A stretch of 64,000 bases of DNA from Akkermansia muciniphila (GTDB taxonomy: Bacteria; Verrucomicrobiota; Verrucomicrobiia; Limisphaerales; SIAT01). The stretch lies in assembly GCA_945900775.1 (NCBI GenBank), contig CAMDJP010000005.1, forward strand, positions 20,167-84,166, given 5' to 3'. The stretch's first letter is position 1, and every line of letters begins with the position of its first letter. The notes beneath the pieces were generated by a model, which was not told the origin of the DNA, ran no database searches, and saw nothing but the letters and a program-made list of their open reading frames with translations. This document shows, piece by piece, positions 9,403 to 19,013 of this stretch. The position numbers and the translations under genes were made by a program.

Positions 9403-10263
9403 TCAGCCGACGGTGGTGATGGCGATCTTGTGCGCCCCCGTGAGCCGCTCCACTTGCTCACGTTCGAGGAGCAATGTGCGACCCGCCTCCACCGCTACAA
9501 CGGCGATTTTCACGGCCGCGCAGGTTTCCAAGGTTTGCGCGCCGAGGCAAGGAATATCGAAGCGCAGGTCGTGGTTCGCTTTGGCGACCTTCACCGCGAC
9601 CGCGCCGCCTTTGGCAACCAAACCGCCGCCGCGCGTGAGGCAGGAGTCGGTGCCTTCGAAGCCCTCGACGGCGAGGACCGTGCCGTCCTTCACGACCACA
9701 GTCTGGCCGATTTCGAGCCGAGAGATTTCCTTGGCGATGCGGAAGCCGAATTCGACATCCGCTCGCTGTGCTTCGGTGAGTTGCGGGCCGAGGTGAAAGC
9801 CGGAGCCCGGCATGGCTGGGCGCAGCCACGGCGTGGCCTCGACGAGCTCCACGCCATCCTTTTTCAACTCGTCGGCGATGGCGCCGAAGATGGAGTGTGC
9901 GTTTTTCTCCTTGAGCCGGAAGAGCAGACTCATCGCGCGAAGGTCAGGGCGGAGGTCGAAGAGGTTCTTCGGGGTAATCTGGCCAGCCATCACGCAGCGC
10001 TTCACATCGCGGCTGGTGAAAGCCTCGATCATTTTCGCGAGTTGCCCGACCTTGAGCCAGACGATGTCGTCCACGAGCGGCGCCAGCGCGGGATCCGTCT
10101 CGCCCTCGAAGGCGACGGCGACGATGTGCTTCACGCCCGCGGCGCGTGCCTGCTGTGAGAGGAGCAACGGCAGCGAGCGGCTGCCGGCGATGATGCCGAG
10201 GGATTCAGTGTGGTCGGTCACTAACCAAGAGTAGCAAGTACGGTGCGGTTTGTCAGTGGTCAA
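9403..10263 (-). CDS. lpxI: UDP-2,3-diacylglucosamine pyrophosphatase LpxI (DUF1009 family)
   Basis: 286 aa. LGIIAGSRSLPLLL near the N-terminus and IGQTVVVKDGTVLAVEGFEGTDSCLTRGG in the C-terminal half are typical of LpxI/DUF1009. The true start may be slightly downstream of 10263. Confidence 0.8.
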   Translation of the reverse strand: MTTDKPHRTCYSWLVTDHTESLGIIAGSRSLPLLLSQQARAAGVKHIVAVAFEGETDPALAPLVDDIVWLKVGQLAKMIEAFTSRDVKRCVMAGQITPKNLFDLRPDLRAMSLLFRLKEKNAHSIFGAIADELKKDGVELVEATPWLRPAMPGSGFHLGPQLTEAQRADVEFGFRIAKEISRLEIGQTVVVKDGTVLAVEGFEGTDSCLTRGGGLVAKGGAVAVKVAKANHDLRFDIPCLGAQTLETCAAVKIAVVAVEAGRTLLLEREQVERLTGAHKIAITTVG

Positions 10264-10363
10264 GTAGGGTTGCGAATCAAAAAAGCCTTCCGCGTCGCTG
10301 TTGGTGTGCGGTTTTTGTTTGAGGGCGCGGGTGATTTGGTTTGTGATGCGGCCTGGTTAACAG

Positions 10364-11173
10364 ATGAGCACGCTTACCCAAACCGCTCTCGCCATCGCTG
10401 CGCACCCAGACGACATCGAGTTCGGCATGGCGGGTACGCTGCTGTTGTTGCGCCAGCGCGGCTGGAAGATTCACTACTTCAACCTCTCCACAGGCAACTG
10501 CGGGAGTATGGAGATGAGCGCTGCGAAGACGCGTTCGGTCCGTCGCAAGGAGGCGCAGGCGGCCGCGCGGGTCTTGGGGGCGCGTTGGTATTCGCCGATT
10601 GCCGACGACCTGGAGATTCTCTACACCGTGTCGGCCTTGCGGCGTGTGGCCGCGGTTGTGCGTGCGGTGAAGCCATCGGTCGTCCTCACCCACTCACCAC
10701 AGGATTACATGGAGGACCACATGAACACCTGCCGGTTGGCGGTGACGGCGGCCTTCGCGCACGGGATGCCCAACTTCCGCAGTGCGCCGCAGCGCGCGCC
10801 GTTCGGGCAGGACGTGACGGTTTACCACGCGATGCCGCACGGGCTTCGGGATGGCCTTCGGCGCACCATTGCGCCCGGTGCCTTCGTTAACACAACGACC
10901 GTTCACAAGGTGAAGCTCGCCGCCCTCGCCTGTCACCAGAGCCAGCAGGGATGGCTGGATGCGAGTCAGGGAATGAATTCTTACTTGGCCGCGATGGAGG
11001 AGATGTCGCGCGCCCTCGGCCGGATGTCGGGCAAGTTTACGCATGCCGAAGGTTGGCGGCGTCATCTGCACCTGGGTCTTTCAGCGAAAGAGAACGATCC
11101 GCTGCGCGATGCCCTTGGGAAGGATTACGTCGTGAACAAAAAATACGAAACGGAACTTGACCGTGGCCGGTGA
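10364..11173 (+). CDS. PIG-L/LmbE-family N-acetylglucosaminyl deacetylase
   Basis: 269 aa. The characteristic N-terminal [18 protein letters not shown] (AHPDD motif) is followed by the [10 protein letters not shown] metal-binding region. Confidence 0.8.
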   Translation: MSTLTQTALAIAAHPDDIEFGMAGTLLLLRQRGWKIHYFNLSTGNCGSMEMSAAKTRSVRRKEAQAAARVLGARWYSPIADDLEILYTVSALRRVAAVVRAVKPSVVLTHSPQDYMEDHMNTCRLAVTAAFAHGMPNFRSAPQRAPFGQDVTVYHAMPHGLRDGLRRTIAPGAFVNTTTVHKVKLAALACHQSQQGWLDASQGMNSYLAAMEEMSRALGRMSGKFTHAEGWRRHLHLGLSAKENDPLRDALGKDYVVNKKYETELDRGR

Positions 11174-11225
11174 GAAGCGGACCGAACCGCCGACATTGTC
11201 ATCAACCTCAATCATCGAACGAACT

Positions 11226-12155
11226 ATGGCACGCAAACTCAGCCCCTTAGCCCCCGGTTGGTGGGATTACACCACGCTCGACCGAGAGATCATCGCCGCC
11301 GCCGCGAAATTGACGCCCGAGAAGCTCTTCCGGCTCTCTCGTCCCGGCTTCAAGGTGGTCTTCTACGACACCTTGGAGGAGTTCTACTGCGCTGAGGCGC
11401 TCGAATACATCCACGCATGGAAGCAGGCGACACCCGATAACCCTGCCGGGGTCTGTGGACCGATTGGCCCGACGGAACAGCTACCCCTCGTTGCACGTAT
11501 GGTGAACGAGATGGGGCTCGGTCTGCGCCACGCGCACTTCTGGGGCATGGATGAGTGGGTCGTGGACGGAAAGGAAGTGCCCGTGACGCATCCGCTCTCC
11601 TTCGAACGTTGTGACCGACAACTTTGTTTCAACCGCATTGATAGGAAACTCGTGATGCCGGACGCTAATCTGCACTTTCCAAAGGCCGATACGCGCGCTT
11701 ACCGAAAAAGCTGGGATGGTGTGCGTTGTGTCGTGATGCAGGGAGGGCAGGGGGACATCAAACATTGGGCCTTCAACGATCCCTTGCCGCGCCGTGGCAA
11801 GTATAAGAACGCTCCGCCCACGCCAGCCGAATACCGGAAGCTCGCGACGCGCGTCGTGGACCTTCATCCGGTGACCATCGCGCAAAACGCTCGCACCTCG
11901 GGTGGCGGGAACGTGACATTGGTGCCCACGCAGGCCGTCACCGTCGGTCCACTAGAAACTTGGCAGGCGGAAAAGGTCTCCATCTGGCACGCGGGGAACC
12001 ACGACAACCCGTTCGGCCAGCGTCTGACCGCCTTCATGATCTCCGAGCGCATCGTGGACAGCGCCGTGCCGATGTCTCTGCTGGCGGACCACCCGAACGT
12101 GCAGTTCAACTACTACCGCAAAGGCATCGGGACCTGCGCGGTGGAGATGCACTGA
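11226..12155 (+). CDS. Glucosamine-6-phosphate deaminase/isomerase (NagB)-like protein
   Basis: Start moved to the ATG at 11226 (MARKLSPL...). Blocks align by eye with E. coli NagB: GPIGPTEQ (cf. LPTGGTP), WGMDEWVVD (cf. FNMDEYVGL) and [16 protein letters not shown] (cf. MGGVGNDGHIAFNEP). Confidence 0.7.
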   Translation: MARKLSPLAPGWWDYTTLDREIIAAAAKLTPEKLFRLSRPGFKVVFYDTLEEFYCAEALEYIHAWKQATPDNPAGVCGPIGPTEQLPLVARMVNEMGLGLRHAHFWGMDEWVVDGKEVPVTHPLSFERCDRQLCFNRIDRKLVMPDANLHFPKADTRAYRKSWDGVRCVVMQGGQGDIKHWAFNDPLPRRGKYKNAPPTPAEYRKLATRVVDLHPVTIAQNARTSGGGNVTLVPTQAVTVGPLETWQAEKVSIWHAGNHDNPFGQRLTAFMISERIVDSAVPMSLLADHPNVQFNYYRKGIGTCAVEMH

Positions 12156-12202
12156 GCCGCGCAGAGTTGCTGGAGACTTTAAGGCGTAGCTGAAAAGAAC
12201 CG

Positions 12203-13681
12203 TTACTCTGCCGCTAGTTTGCGCAGTTCGGTTTTGAGGATTTTGCCCGTGGCGTTACGGGGAAGGGCGGGGAGGAGTCGCACCTGCTTCGGGACTTTAT
12301 AGTCGGCGAGACGTTCGCGGATAAATCCGAGCAGCGCCTTTTCGTCAATGGCCGCGCCTTCAGTTGGAGAGACAAAGGCTAGCGGATGCTCGCCTCGCCG
12401 CGTGTCGGGTACGCCGATGACCGCGGCCTCTTTCACGCCGGGGAAACGGTAGATGATCTCCTCAATCTCGCGCGGATAGACGTTAATGCCGTTGACCAGC
12501 AGCATGTCCTTCTTGCGGTCGGTGATGAAGAAGTAGCCGTCGCTGTCGCGATGGCCGATGTCGCCGGTGCGCAGCCAGCCATTGACGATAGTTTTCGCGG
12601 TCTCCTCCGGTTGGTTCCAGTAACCGAGCATCACGTTGCCGCCGCGCACGCAAATCTCGCCGGTCTCCCCGTTGGCGAGGTGATGGTTCGCATCGTCCTG
12701 CACGCTCACTTCGACGTTTTGGATTGGCACACCGATGGATCCAGCCTTCTGTGGACCGGCGAGCGGGTTGAGTGAAACGACCGGACTGGCTTCGCTCAGA
12801 CCGTAACCTTCGACAAGCGGGATTGGCATTTTGGCGCTGAACTCCCGCAGGATTTCCACCGGCAATGGCGCGCCACCGCTGATGCAGAGGCGCAGCGGAA
12901 AGTCGGGTCCCACTTCCACGCCGGCCAGTGTTCGGAAAAATTGCGGTACGGCCGGCAGGATGGTGGCGCGGCGTCGGATGATTTCGGCGAGGATATTTTT
13001 GGGTGGGTGCAACGAGCGCACCACCACCATCGCCCCGCCAGTCAGGAGTGGTAGGAGCACACCCACGGTCATCATGAAGCTGTGGAACATTGGCAACAGC
13101 ACTACGAAACGGTCTTGTGTGTCCGCACCCAGTGCCACACGGCAGCTGGCCACGTTGTGCAACAGATTGCCGTGCGAGAGCATTGCCCCCTTTGGTCGGC
13201 CGGTGGTGCCCGAAGTGTAAATCAGCACGGCCAAGTCGGCAGGGGCGCGGTTAGGCGCGGTGAAGTCCGGAGTGCCCCCAGCTTCCGCGAACGACTCGAC
13301 TTGGATCACGCGCAATCCCGGCTGGAGTGCGCCCAGCTTCGGCAAAGTCTCAGCCATCGTGTTGTCGGTGATGAGCACGTTCACTTTCGCATCGTTGAGA
13401 ATGTACGCGACTTCGTCCGGCTTGAGGAAATTGTTGATTGGCACCACGACACCGCCAGCCATCAGCGCGCCAAAGTAGGCTGGCACGAACTCGGGGCAGT
13501 TCTTCAGGCAAAGGCCCACGCGGTCGCCGGGACGGACATTGAACTCACCCGATAATCGCGCCGCGAGCCATCGCGCTTGTTGGTGCAGGCGGCCGTAGGT
13601 GAACTCGTCGTCGCCCCAGAAGAGTGCGGTCCGGTCCTGCTGACGCAGGGCGGTTTGTGTGAAGGCCTCGGTAAGATTCAT
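12203..13681 (-). CDS. Long-chain-fatty-acid--CoA ligase / AMP-dependent synthetase
   Basis: AMP-binding signature LIYTSGTTGRPKGAML, plus GYGLSE, TGDIGHRDSDGYFFITDRKKD and the C-terminal LPRNATGKILK. Start placed at the internal ATG at 13681 (MNLTEAF...), which removes the overlap with the divergent rnd ORF. Confidence 0.85.
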   Translation of the reverse strand: MNLTEAFTQTALRQQDRTALFWGDDEFTYGRLHQQARWLAARLSGEFNVRPGDRVGLCLKNCPEFVPAYFGALMAGGVVVPINNFLKPDEVAYILNDAKVNVLITDNTMAETLPKLGALQPGLRVIQVESFAEAGGTPDFTAPNRAPADLAVLIYTSGTTGRPKGAMLSHGNLLHNVASCRVALGADTQDRFVVLLPMFHSFMMTVGVLLPLLTGGAMVVVRSLHPPKNILAEIIRRRATILPAVPQFFRTLAGVEVGPDFPLRLCISGGAPLPVEILREFSAKMPIPLVEGYGLSEASPVVSLNPLAGPQKAGSIGVPIQNVEVSVQDDANHHLANGETGEICVRGGNVMLGYWNQPEETAKTIVNGWLRTGDIGHRDSDGYFFITDRKKDMLLVNGINVYPREIEEIIYRFPGVKEAAVIGVPDTRRGEHPLAFVSPTEGAAIDEKALLGFIRERLADYKVPKQVRLLPALPRNATGKILKTELRKLAAE

Positions 13682-13747
13682 TGCAAGGATGATAAGGGCG
13701 GACGATTCGGCGCAAAAGGCAAAATGAAGCTCATGAAATGGATGTAA

Positions 13748-14902
13748 ATGTCGGTATTTGAGCTGCAGAATGCATATTTTGGCATTCGCGTTTTCATCAC
13801 TCGACGACTCGGCCATTTTGTGTTTAAATTCTCGCACGTGCTTGATACGCAGCACCAGCTTGAGGAGCTACTTCCCCGGTTACGCCACTCTCAATGGGTA
13901 GCGATTGATACCGAGGCTGATTCCCTGCATGCCTATCCCGAGAAGCTCTGCCTCATCCAGATTAGCTATCCCGGGCACGATGTGTTGTTGGATCCGCTCG
14001 CAGCTATCGACCTCGCCCCGCTCTTCGCCGAATTGGCTAATCGCGAGTTGGTGATGCATGGATCGGATTACGACCTCCGCCTTTTTCGCCGTTACCACAA
14101 CTTCGTTCCTCACGCTGTCTTTGATACAATGATTGCGGCGCGCCTGCTCGGCTGTCGGAGATTCGGTCTGGCTGATTTACTCACGGAGTTCCTCGGTGTC
14201 ACGCTAGACAAAGGTCCTCAGAAAGCGAACTGGGCGCGTCGTCCCTTGACCGAGCGGATGGAGAGCTATGCCCGTAACGATACATGTCATCTCCAGCCTT
14301 TGGTCGATTCTCTCCGTGCGCGATTAGGAGAGAAGGGGCGGCTCGAATGGGTGAAGGAGAGTTGTGCGCAGCTTGTTCGCGATTGCGCTCATTGCGAGGA
14401 GGTCAATCCTGATTTGGTCTGGCGCGTGAAAGGCTCCTCCAAACTTCCGCGTAAAGGTCTCGCGGTCGTCCGCGAAATTTGGCGGTGGCGCGAGGTTGAG
14501 GCCATCTCTCACAACAAACCACCTTTCTTCATGCTAGCGCATGAAGTGATGACAGCTCTGGCCGACACCGCTGCGCATGGTCAGCCTTTCGAGCCGATCA
14601 TTCCCCGACATCTCACGCAGCGGCGCCGGCAGGGACTGATGGAAGCCATTCAGCGTGCGATTGCTTTGCCTCAAACCGAATGGCCCTACCCGTTGCCATT
14701 GCCGCCGCGGCGGTATCAGACCGAGGCTCAGAAACGGCGCATGGAGGAGTTGACCCGTCGTCGCGACGATCACGCCCGGGAGTTGGATATTGACCCTACG
14801 GTTATTGCCAGTCGCGCTACTCTCGTGGAGTTGGCCGAGGATTGGGACACGACAAACGGCCCTCTACTGTTGCCCTGGCAGCGGAATTTATTGAGCTTCT
14901 AG
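13748..14902 (+). CDS. rnd: Ribonuclease D-like 3'-5' exonuclease with HRDC domain
   Basis: DEDD exonuclease motifs (VAIDTEADSLHAY, MHGSDYDLRLF, YARNDTCHL) and a C-terminal HRDC-like region. The start is uncertain: GTG at 13848 is an alternative. Confidence 0.8.
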   Translation: MSVFELQNAYFGIRVFITRRLGHFVFKFSHVLDTQHQLEELLPRLRHSQWVAIDTEADSLHAYPEKLCLIQISYPGHDVLLDPLAAIDLAPLFAELANRELVMHGSDYDLRLFRRYHNFVPHAVFDTMIAARLLGCRRFGLADLLTEFLGVTLDKGPQKANWARRPLTERMESYARNDTCHLQPLVDSLRARLGEKGRLEWVKESCAQLVRDCAHCEEVNPDLVWRVKGSSKLPRKGLAVVREIWRWREVEAISHNKPPFFMLAHEVMTALADTAAHGQPFEPIIPRHLTQRRRQGLMEAIQRAIALPQTEWPYPLPLPPRRYQTEAQKRRMEELTRRRDDHARELDIDPTVIASRATLVELAEDWDTTNGPLLLPWQRNLLSF

Positions 14903-14997
14903 CTCAGCAGTCCAACAACGATTGGGGGTTCGTCTGTTTGCTGCTGACTTCTGGGTGAAACTTTTTAGGTCGTTTGCCTCTTCTCGGAAAAGAAAAC

Positions 14998-16200
14998 TCA
15001 CCGTGCCAATTCGTAAGCGAAGCCTTTGAGATATTCGGTTTCGGGAATCGCAGGGAGGATGGGATGATCAGGGCTTTGGCTATAGCTGGCGATGCGACGG
15101 AGGAGTCGATGAGTATCTTTTGCGGCGTCCATAATCGCGGTCTCGAATAGAACGGCGTCGACGTGGTGCGAGCAACAGAAGGTGGCGAGCACGCCACCGG
15201 GCTTGAGAAGTTTGAGGGCGCGCAGATGGATTTCCTTGTATCCGCGCATGGCGTCGGGCACGGCGGCACGATTGCGGGTGAAGGAGGGTGGATCGAGAAC
15301 GATCAGGTCGTAGCGCGGGATCACCCGCTCGTTCGGCGCGACAGTCGTCTTGGCCTTGAGCCAGTCGAACACGTTGGCCTGCTCGAAGGTGCAGCGGTCG
15401 GCGAGACCATTGCTGGCTGCAATGGTCGTAGCAGCGGTGATAGCGTCAGCGGATTGGTCGATGCCGACCACGCTGGTCGCTCCTGCCCGAGCTGCATGGA
15501 GCGCAAAGCCGCCAAGGAAGCTAAAGCAGTCGAGCACCTGCGCGCCTTTGGCGAAGCGCGAAACTAGTTCGTAGTTCACCTGCTGGTCGAGATAGAGGCC
15601 GGTCTTGTGGCCGGAGACAAGGTTCACGTTGAACTTCAGTCCATTGAGCGAGATGGACAAGGGCCCTTCATGGGCACCGGCGAGAAGGCCGTTGGCTTCG
15701 GGCAGGCCCTCGAATTTGCGCGAGGCGATATCGTTTCGTTCGATGATGGCACGCGGCTTGAAAATCTTCTGAAGCGCGATAGTAATCATGTCCTTCCGCA
15801 AATCCATTCCGAGCGCGGAGGTTTGCACGACAAGAACGTCTTCGTATTTATCCACGATCAAGCCGCTGAGCAGATCGCTCTCAGCGTTGACGACGCGGAA
15901 GGAAGTCGCCGTCGGCATGTAACGCTGGCGCACGGCGAGCGCGGTGCGAATTCGTTCTTCGAAGAACGCCGTGTCCAGTTCCACGCGGTCGTGCGTGAGC
16001 ATACGGACATTAATCTTCGATTTAGAATTGTAGAAGCCGGCACCGAGAAGGCGCTGCCGATGGTCCTTCACTTGCACTAAATCGCCATCGTTGGCGGGTG
16101 CAGTGAGGCGCTGGATGGAGCTGTGGTAGAGCCACGGATGGCCGGAGAGAATGCGGTCAGCTTCGCCAGGGCGAACGATGACGGTGGAGAGAGTTTTCAT
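14998..16200 (-). CDS. rlmI: Class I SAM-dependent 23S rRNA (cytosine-C5) methyltransferase, RlmI-like (PUA + MTase)
   Basis: 400 aa. N-terminal PUA-like region (ILSGHPWLYHSSI), an SAM-binding motif VLDCFSFLGGFALHAA, and the catalytic region DLIVLDPPSF ... CCSHH. Confidence 0.8.
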   Translation of the reverse strand: MKTLSTVIVRPGEADRILSGHPWLYHSSIQRLTAPANDGDLVQVKDHRQRLLGAGFYNSKSKINVRMLTHDRVELDTAFFEERIRTALAVRQRYMPTATSFRVVNAESDLLSGLIVDKYEDVLVVQTSALGMDLRKDMITIALQKIFKPRAIIERNDIASRKFEGLPEANGLLAGAHEGPLSISLNGLKFNVNLVSGHKTGLYLDQQVNYELVSRFAKGAQVLDCFSFLGGFALHAARAGATSVVGIDQSADAITAATTIAASNGLADRCTFEQANVFDWLKAKTTVAPNERVIPRYDLIVLDPPSFTRNRAAVPDAMRGYKEIHLRALKLLKPGGVLATFCCSHHVDAVLFETAIMDAAKDTHRLLRRIASYSQSPDHPILPAIPETEYLKGFAYELAR

Positions 16201-16254
16201 AACGGTTTGTGGACAGTGGTCGGGCGAGGCCCGTCCGAGAGAGGCGGTTTTGCC

Positions 16255-17385
16255 TCAGACAAGATGCCGATGTTCTTTTGACTCGGCGAGCTTTTTGACC
16301 AACTCCTTAATCTTTTGCGCCTGACTTTTGTGAGCGACGAGCAGCGCGTCGTCGGTCTGGACGATGATGGCGTCACGCAAACCGACGACGGCGATGGGCG
16401 TGCGGGTCTTTGTGCGCGTGTCGAAGATTATGTTGCGCGCGGCGTCCACCTCGACGAAGTCGGCTACGGCGCAGTTACCGGCGGCGTCGGCCTTGAGATG
16501 GCGTGCGAGCGCGGTCCACGAACCGAGGTCGTCCCATGCAAAACTGCCGTCAGCCACGATCACATTTCCCGCCTTCTCCATCAGCGCGTAATCGATGGAG
16601 ATGCGCTTGGTATCGGGATATTCCTTGGCGAGGACCTTCGCGAGTTTGGTGGGCGATTTCGCGGCTTCGAACCAACGCTGGCAGGCCGCGAACATTTCCG
16701 GTTGATGCATCATCAAGCCGTTGGTGATGGTGACGAACGACCAGACGAACATGCCTGCGTTCCAGCGGTACTGACCGCTGTTCATATACTCGAGTGCACG
16801 GTCGAAGTTCGGCTTTTCGACGAACTCTTCCGCCTTGAAGAATGTCGTCTTGTATTTCTTCACGCCAGTCGGCGGCGGCAGTTCAACGCCGGTGCGGATG
16901 TAGCCGTAGCCAGTCGCCGGCTCCGTCGGCTTGATGCCAATAGTCACAATCGCCTGGCCGCGACTCGCGAGATCGAAGGCGTCCGCGAGCACCTGCTGGA
17001 ACTTCTTCTCGTCGGGAATGACGTGGTCGGCGGGAAGCACGGCCATCACGCCGGTGGTGGAACGCGCTCCGACCAGCGCGGCGCCCAGCGCGACGGCGGC
17101 GCAGGTGTCGCGCCCGCAGGGCTCGGCGACGATGTTCTCCTTCGGCAGCTTGGGCAGTTGCTTGCGGACGGCGTCAGCCTGCGCTTCGTTTGTGACGATA
17201 AGAATATTCTTGAGCGGCACGAGCGGGATAACGCGTTCGACGGCGTGTTGCAGGAAGGATTTCTTGTCGAGCAACGCGAGTAGTTGCTTCGGCATCTTCT
17301 CGCGGCTCACCGGCCAAAACCGCTCGCCGCGCCCGCCGGCCATGATGACAACAAACCGGTTCGAATTGTCAGTCTTCGCTTTCAT
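16255..17385 (-). CDS. Mannose-1-phosphate guanylyltransferase
   Basis: 376 aa. The nucleotidyltransferase N-terminus VIMAGGRGERFWPVSREKMPKQLL, and a central GYGYI block typical of ManC/GMP enzymes. Confidence 0.85.
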   Translation of the reverse strand: MKAKTDNSNRFVVIMAGGRGERFWPVSREKMPKQLLALLDKKSFLQHAVERVIPLVPLKNILIVTNEAQADAVRKQLPKLPKENIVAEPCGRDTCAAVALGAALVGARSTTGVMAVLPADHVIPDEKKFQQVLADAFDLASRGQAIVTIGIKPTEPATGYGYIRTGVELPPPTGVKKYKTTFFKAEEFVEKPNFDRALEYMNSGQYRWNAGMFVWSFVTITNGLMMHQPEMFAACQRWFEAAKSPTKLAKVLAKEYPDTKRISIDYALMEKAGNVIVADGSFAWDDLGSWTALARHLKADAAGNCAVADFVEVDAARNIIFDTRTKTRTPIAVVGLRDAIIVQTDDALLVAHKSQAQKIKELVKKLAESKEHRHLV

Positions 17386-17411
17386 AAATCATGCCCACGA
17401 TGTCTTTCGAA

Positions 17412-18215
17412 TTACTTTGGCGGCTTCACCGCTTCCACCAAAGTCTTCACGAATGCCGCAACCTTCGGCACGAGTTCCGCATCTTTGCCATACTGGGCGA
17501 TCTGATTCACGATGGCGCTGCCGACGACTACCGCCTCGGCCGCCGCCGCCACGGCGCGCGCCTGCTCAGGGTTCGACACGCCAAAGCCGACCGCTACGGG
17601 CAGGGTAGTGTACTGCCGGATGTGCGCGGTCATCTCGGCGATGTTGGTTGCGACCTTCGCCTGCATTCCTGTCACGCCTTCGCGTGAGATGTAGTAGATA
17701 AAGCCGCGCCCGCGCGGGACGATGAGCGCGATGCGGTCCTCAGGCGTGGTAGGCGCGACGAGGTAAATGGGGCAAAGGCCGGCGGCGGCCATCAACTTCT
17801 CGTAGGTGCCTGATTCTTCGGGCGGCAAATCGAGGACGAGCAGGCCGTCTACGCCTGCGCGGGCAGCGTCTTGGATGAACTGCTCCACGCTAATACGATG
17901 GAGGAGGTTGAAATAGACATAGAGAACAATCGGGATTTGCGATTCGCGTCGGATGGCCTCGACGGTCTCCAGCAGTTTCGGTGGCGTGGTGCCGGATTCG
18001 AGCCCGCGCTGGGCGGCGAGCTGATTCACGAGCCCGTCCGCGAGCGGGTCGCTGAACGGCACGCCTAATTCGAGAATATCCACCCCCGCTTGATCAAAGG
18101 CGATGGCGAATTGGCGCGTGGCTTCGAGGTGTGGGTCTCCCGCGCCGATGTAGGCGACAAAGCCTTTAAGACCTTCGCTCTTGAGCTTGGCGAAACGTTC
18201 CTCGATACGGTTCAT
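17412..18215 (-). CDS. trpA: Tryptophan synthase alpha chain
   Basis: 267 aa. Conserved ILELGVPFSDPLADGLVNQ and GFGVSNPEQA motifs. Confidence 0.95.
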   Translation of the reverse strand: MNRIEERFAKLKSEGLKGFVAYIGAGDPHLEATRQFAIAFDQAGVDILELGVPFSDPLADGLVNQLAAQRGLESGTTPPKLLETVEAIRRESQIPIVLYVYFNLLHRISVEQFIQDAARAGVDGLLVLDLPPEESGTYEKLMAAAGLCPIYLVAPTTPEDRIALIVPRGRGFIYYISREGVTGMQAKVATNIAEMTAHIRQYTTLPVAVGFGVSNPEQARAVAAAAEAVVVGSAIVNQIAQYGKDAELVPKVAAFVKTLVEAVKPPK

Positions 18216-18248
18216 CGGCGCGCAGTGTCGAGATTCAGGCGGCGCGTT

Positions 18249-19013
18249 TCAAGCCCCTTCGCCGTGTGCATGCGCCCGGTGCGCGAGCCGCAATCCTTCA
18301 AGCGTGAGGTCAGGGACGATGGTCGTGATTTCCGGAAGACCTCGGGCAATCAGTTTCGCATAACCGCCCGTGGCGACAACGGGGAGGCGTGGCGATTTTA
18401 GTTCACGTTTGAGCCTACCGATCAATTCGCGCACCAGTCCGCGGTAGCCGTACACTGCGCCGGCGAGCATTGCCTGCTCCGTGTTGCGGCCGATGATCGA
18501 CCGTGGCTCGCGGATGCGGATGCGCGGGAGGAGCTCCGTCTTCTCGTGCAGGTAATCGGTCATCGCGGCGAGTCCCGGCGCGATGATCCCGCCGGTGTAG
18601 TTGCCGTGGCGGTCAATGACGTCGAACGTAACCGCGGTGCCGAAGTCCACGACCACTGCCGGCGCGCCGAAGCGCTGGCGGGCGGCCAGCGCGTTGGCAA
18701 GGCGATCGGGGCCGATGCTGCTGGGGCGTGGGTAGGCGACGCCGACGCCGCGGAGCGTGCGAGGCCCCAGTACGAAGCAGTCGAGCTGCCACGCGCTGTG
18801 GATGAAATCGATGGCGCGCGGTGTTGCGCTCGGCACGACGCTGCAGAGCGCGGCCGCGTGAATCTTCGCGCGACGGGTGAACTTGGCAACGAGTGGACCC
18901 GCACAGCCGGCAGTCCACGCGCTGGTCGGGATGTTGGTGACCTTCACGACGCGGCGGTCATCTGCGAGTCCGAGATGCGTGTGTGTGTTGCCGATGTCGA
19001 AAAGGAGGATCAT
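18249..19013 (-). CDS. coaX: Type III pantothenate kinase
   Basis: 254 aa. N-terminal LLFDIGNTHTHLG, plus VVDFGTAVTFD and the C-terminal VVATGGYA motif. Confidence 0.9.
   Translation of the reverse strand: MILLFDIGNTHTHLGLADDRRVVKVTNIPTSAWTAGCAGPLVAKFTRRAKIHAAALCSVVPSATPRAIDFIHSAWQLDCFVLGPRTLRGVGVAYPRPSSIGPDRLANALAARQRFGAPAVVVDFGTAVTFDVIDRHGNYTGGIIAPGLAAMTDYLHEKTELLPRIRIREPRSIIGRNTEQAMLAGAVYGYRGLVRELIGRLKRELKSPRLPVVATGGYAKLIARGLPEITTIVPDLTLEGLRLAHRAHAHGEGA

Noticed and set aside
8878-10158. 426-aa ORF on the plus strand, antisense to the hypothetical gene and lpxI.
   Set aside because: The translation is Arg/Gly/Ala/Leu/Glu/His-rich with no motifs, as expected for a shadow ORF in high-GC DNA. 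The opposite strand carries a recognisable LpxI. The same reasoning applies to 144-674(-), 6204-7040(-), 7326-7931(+), 7962-8573(+), 16315-17283(+) and 18546-19349(+).
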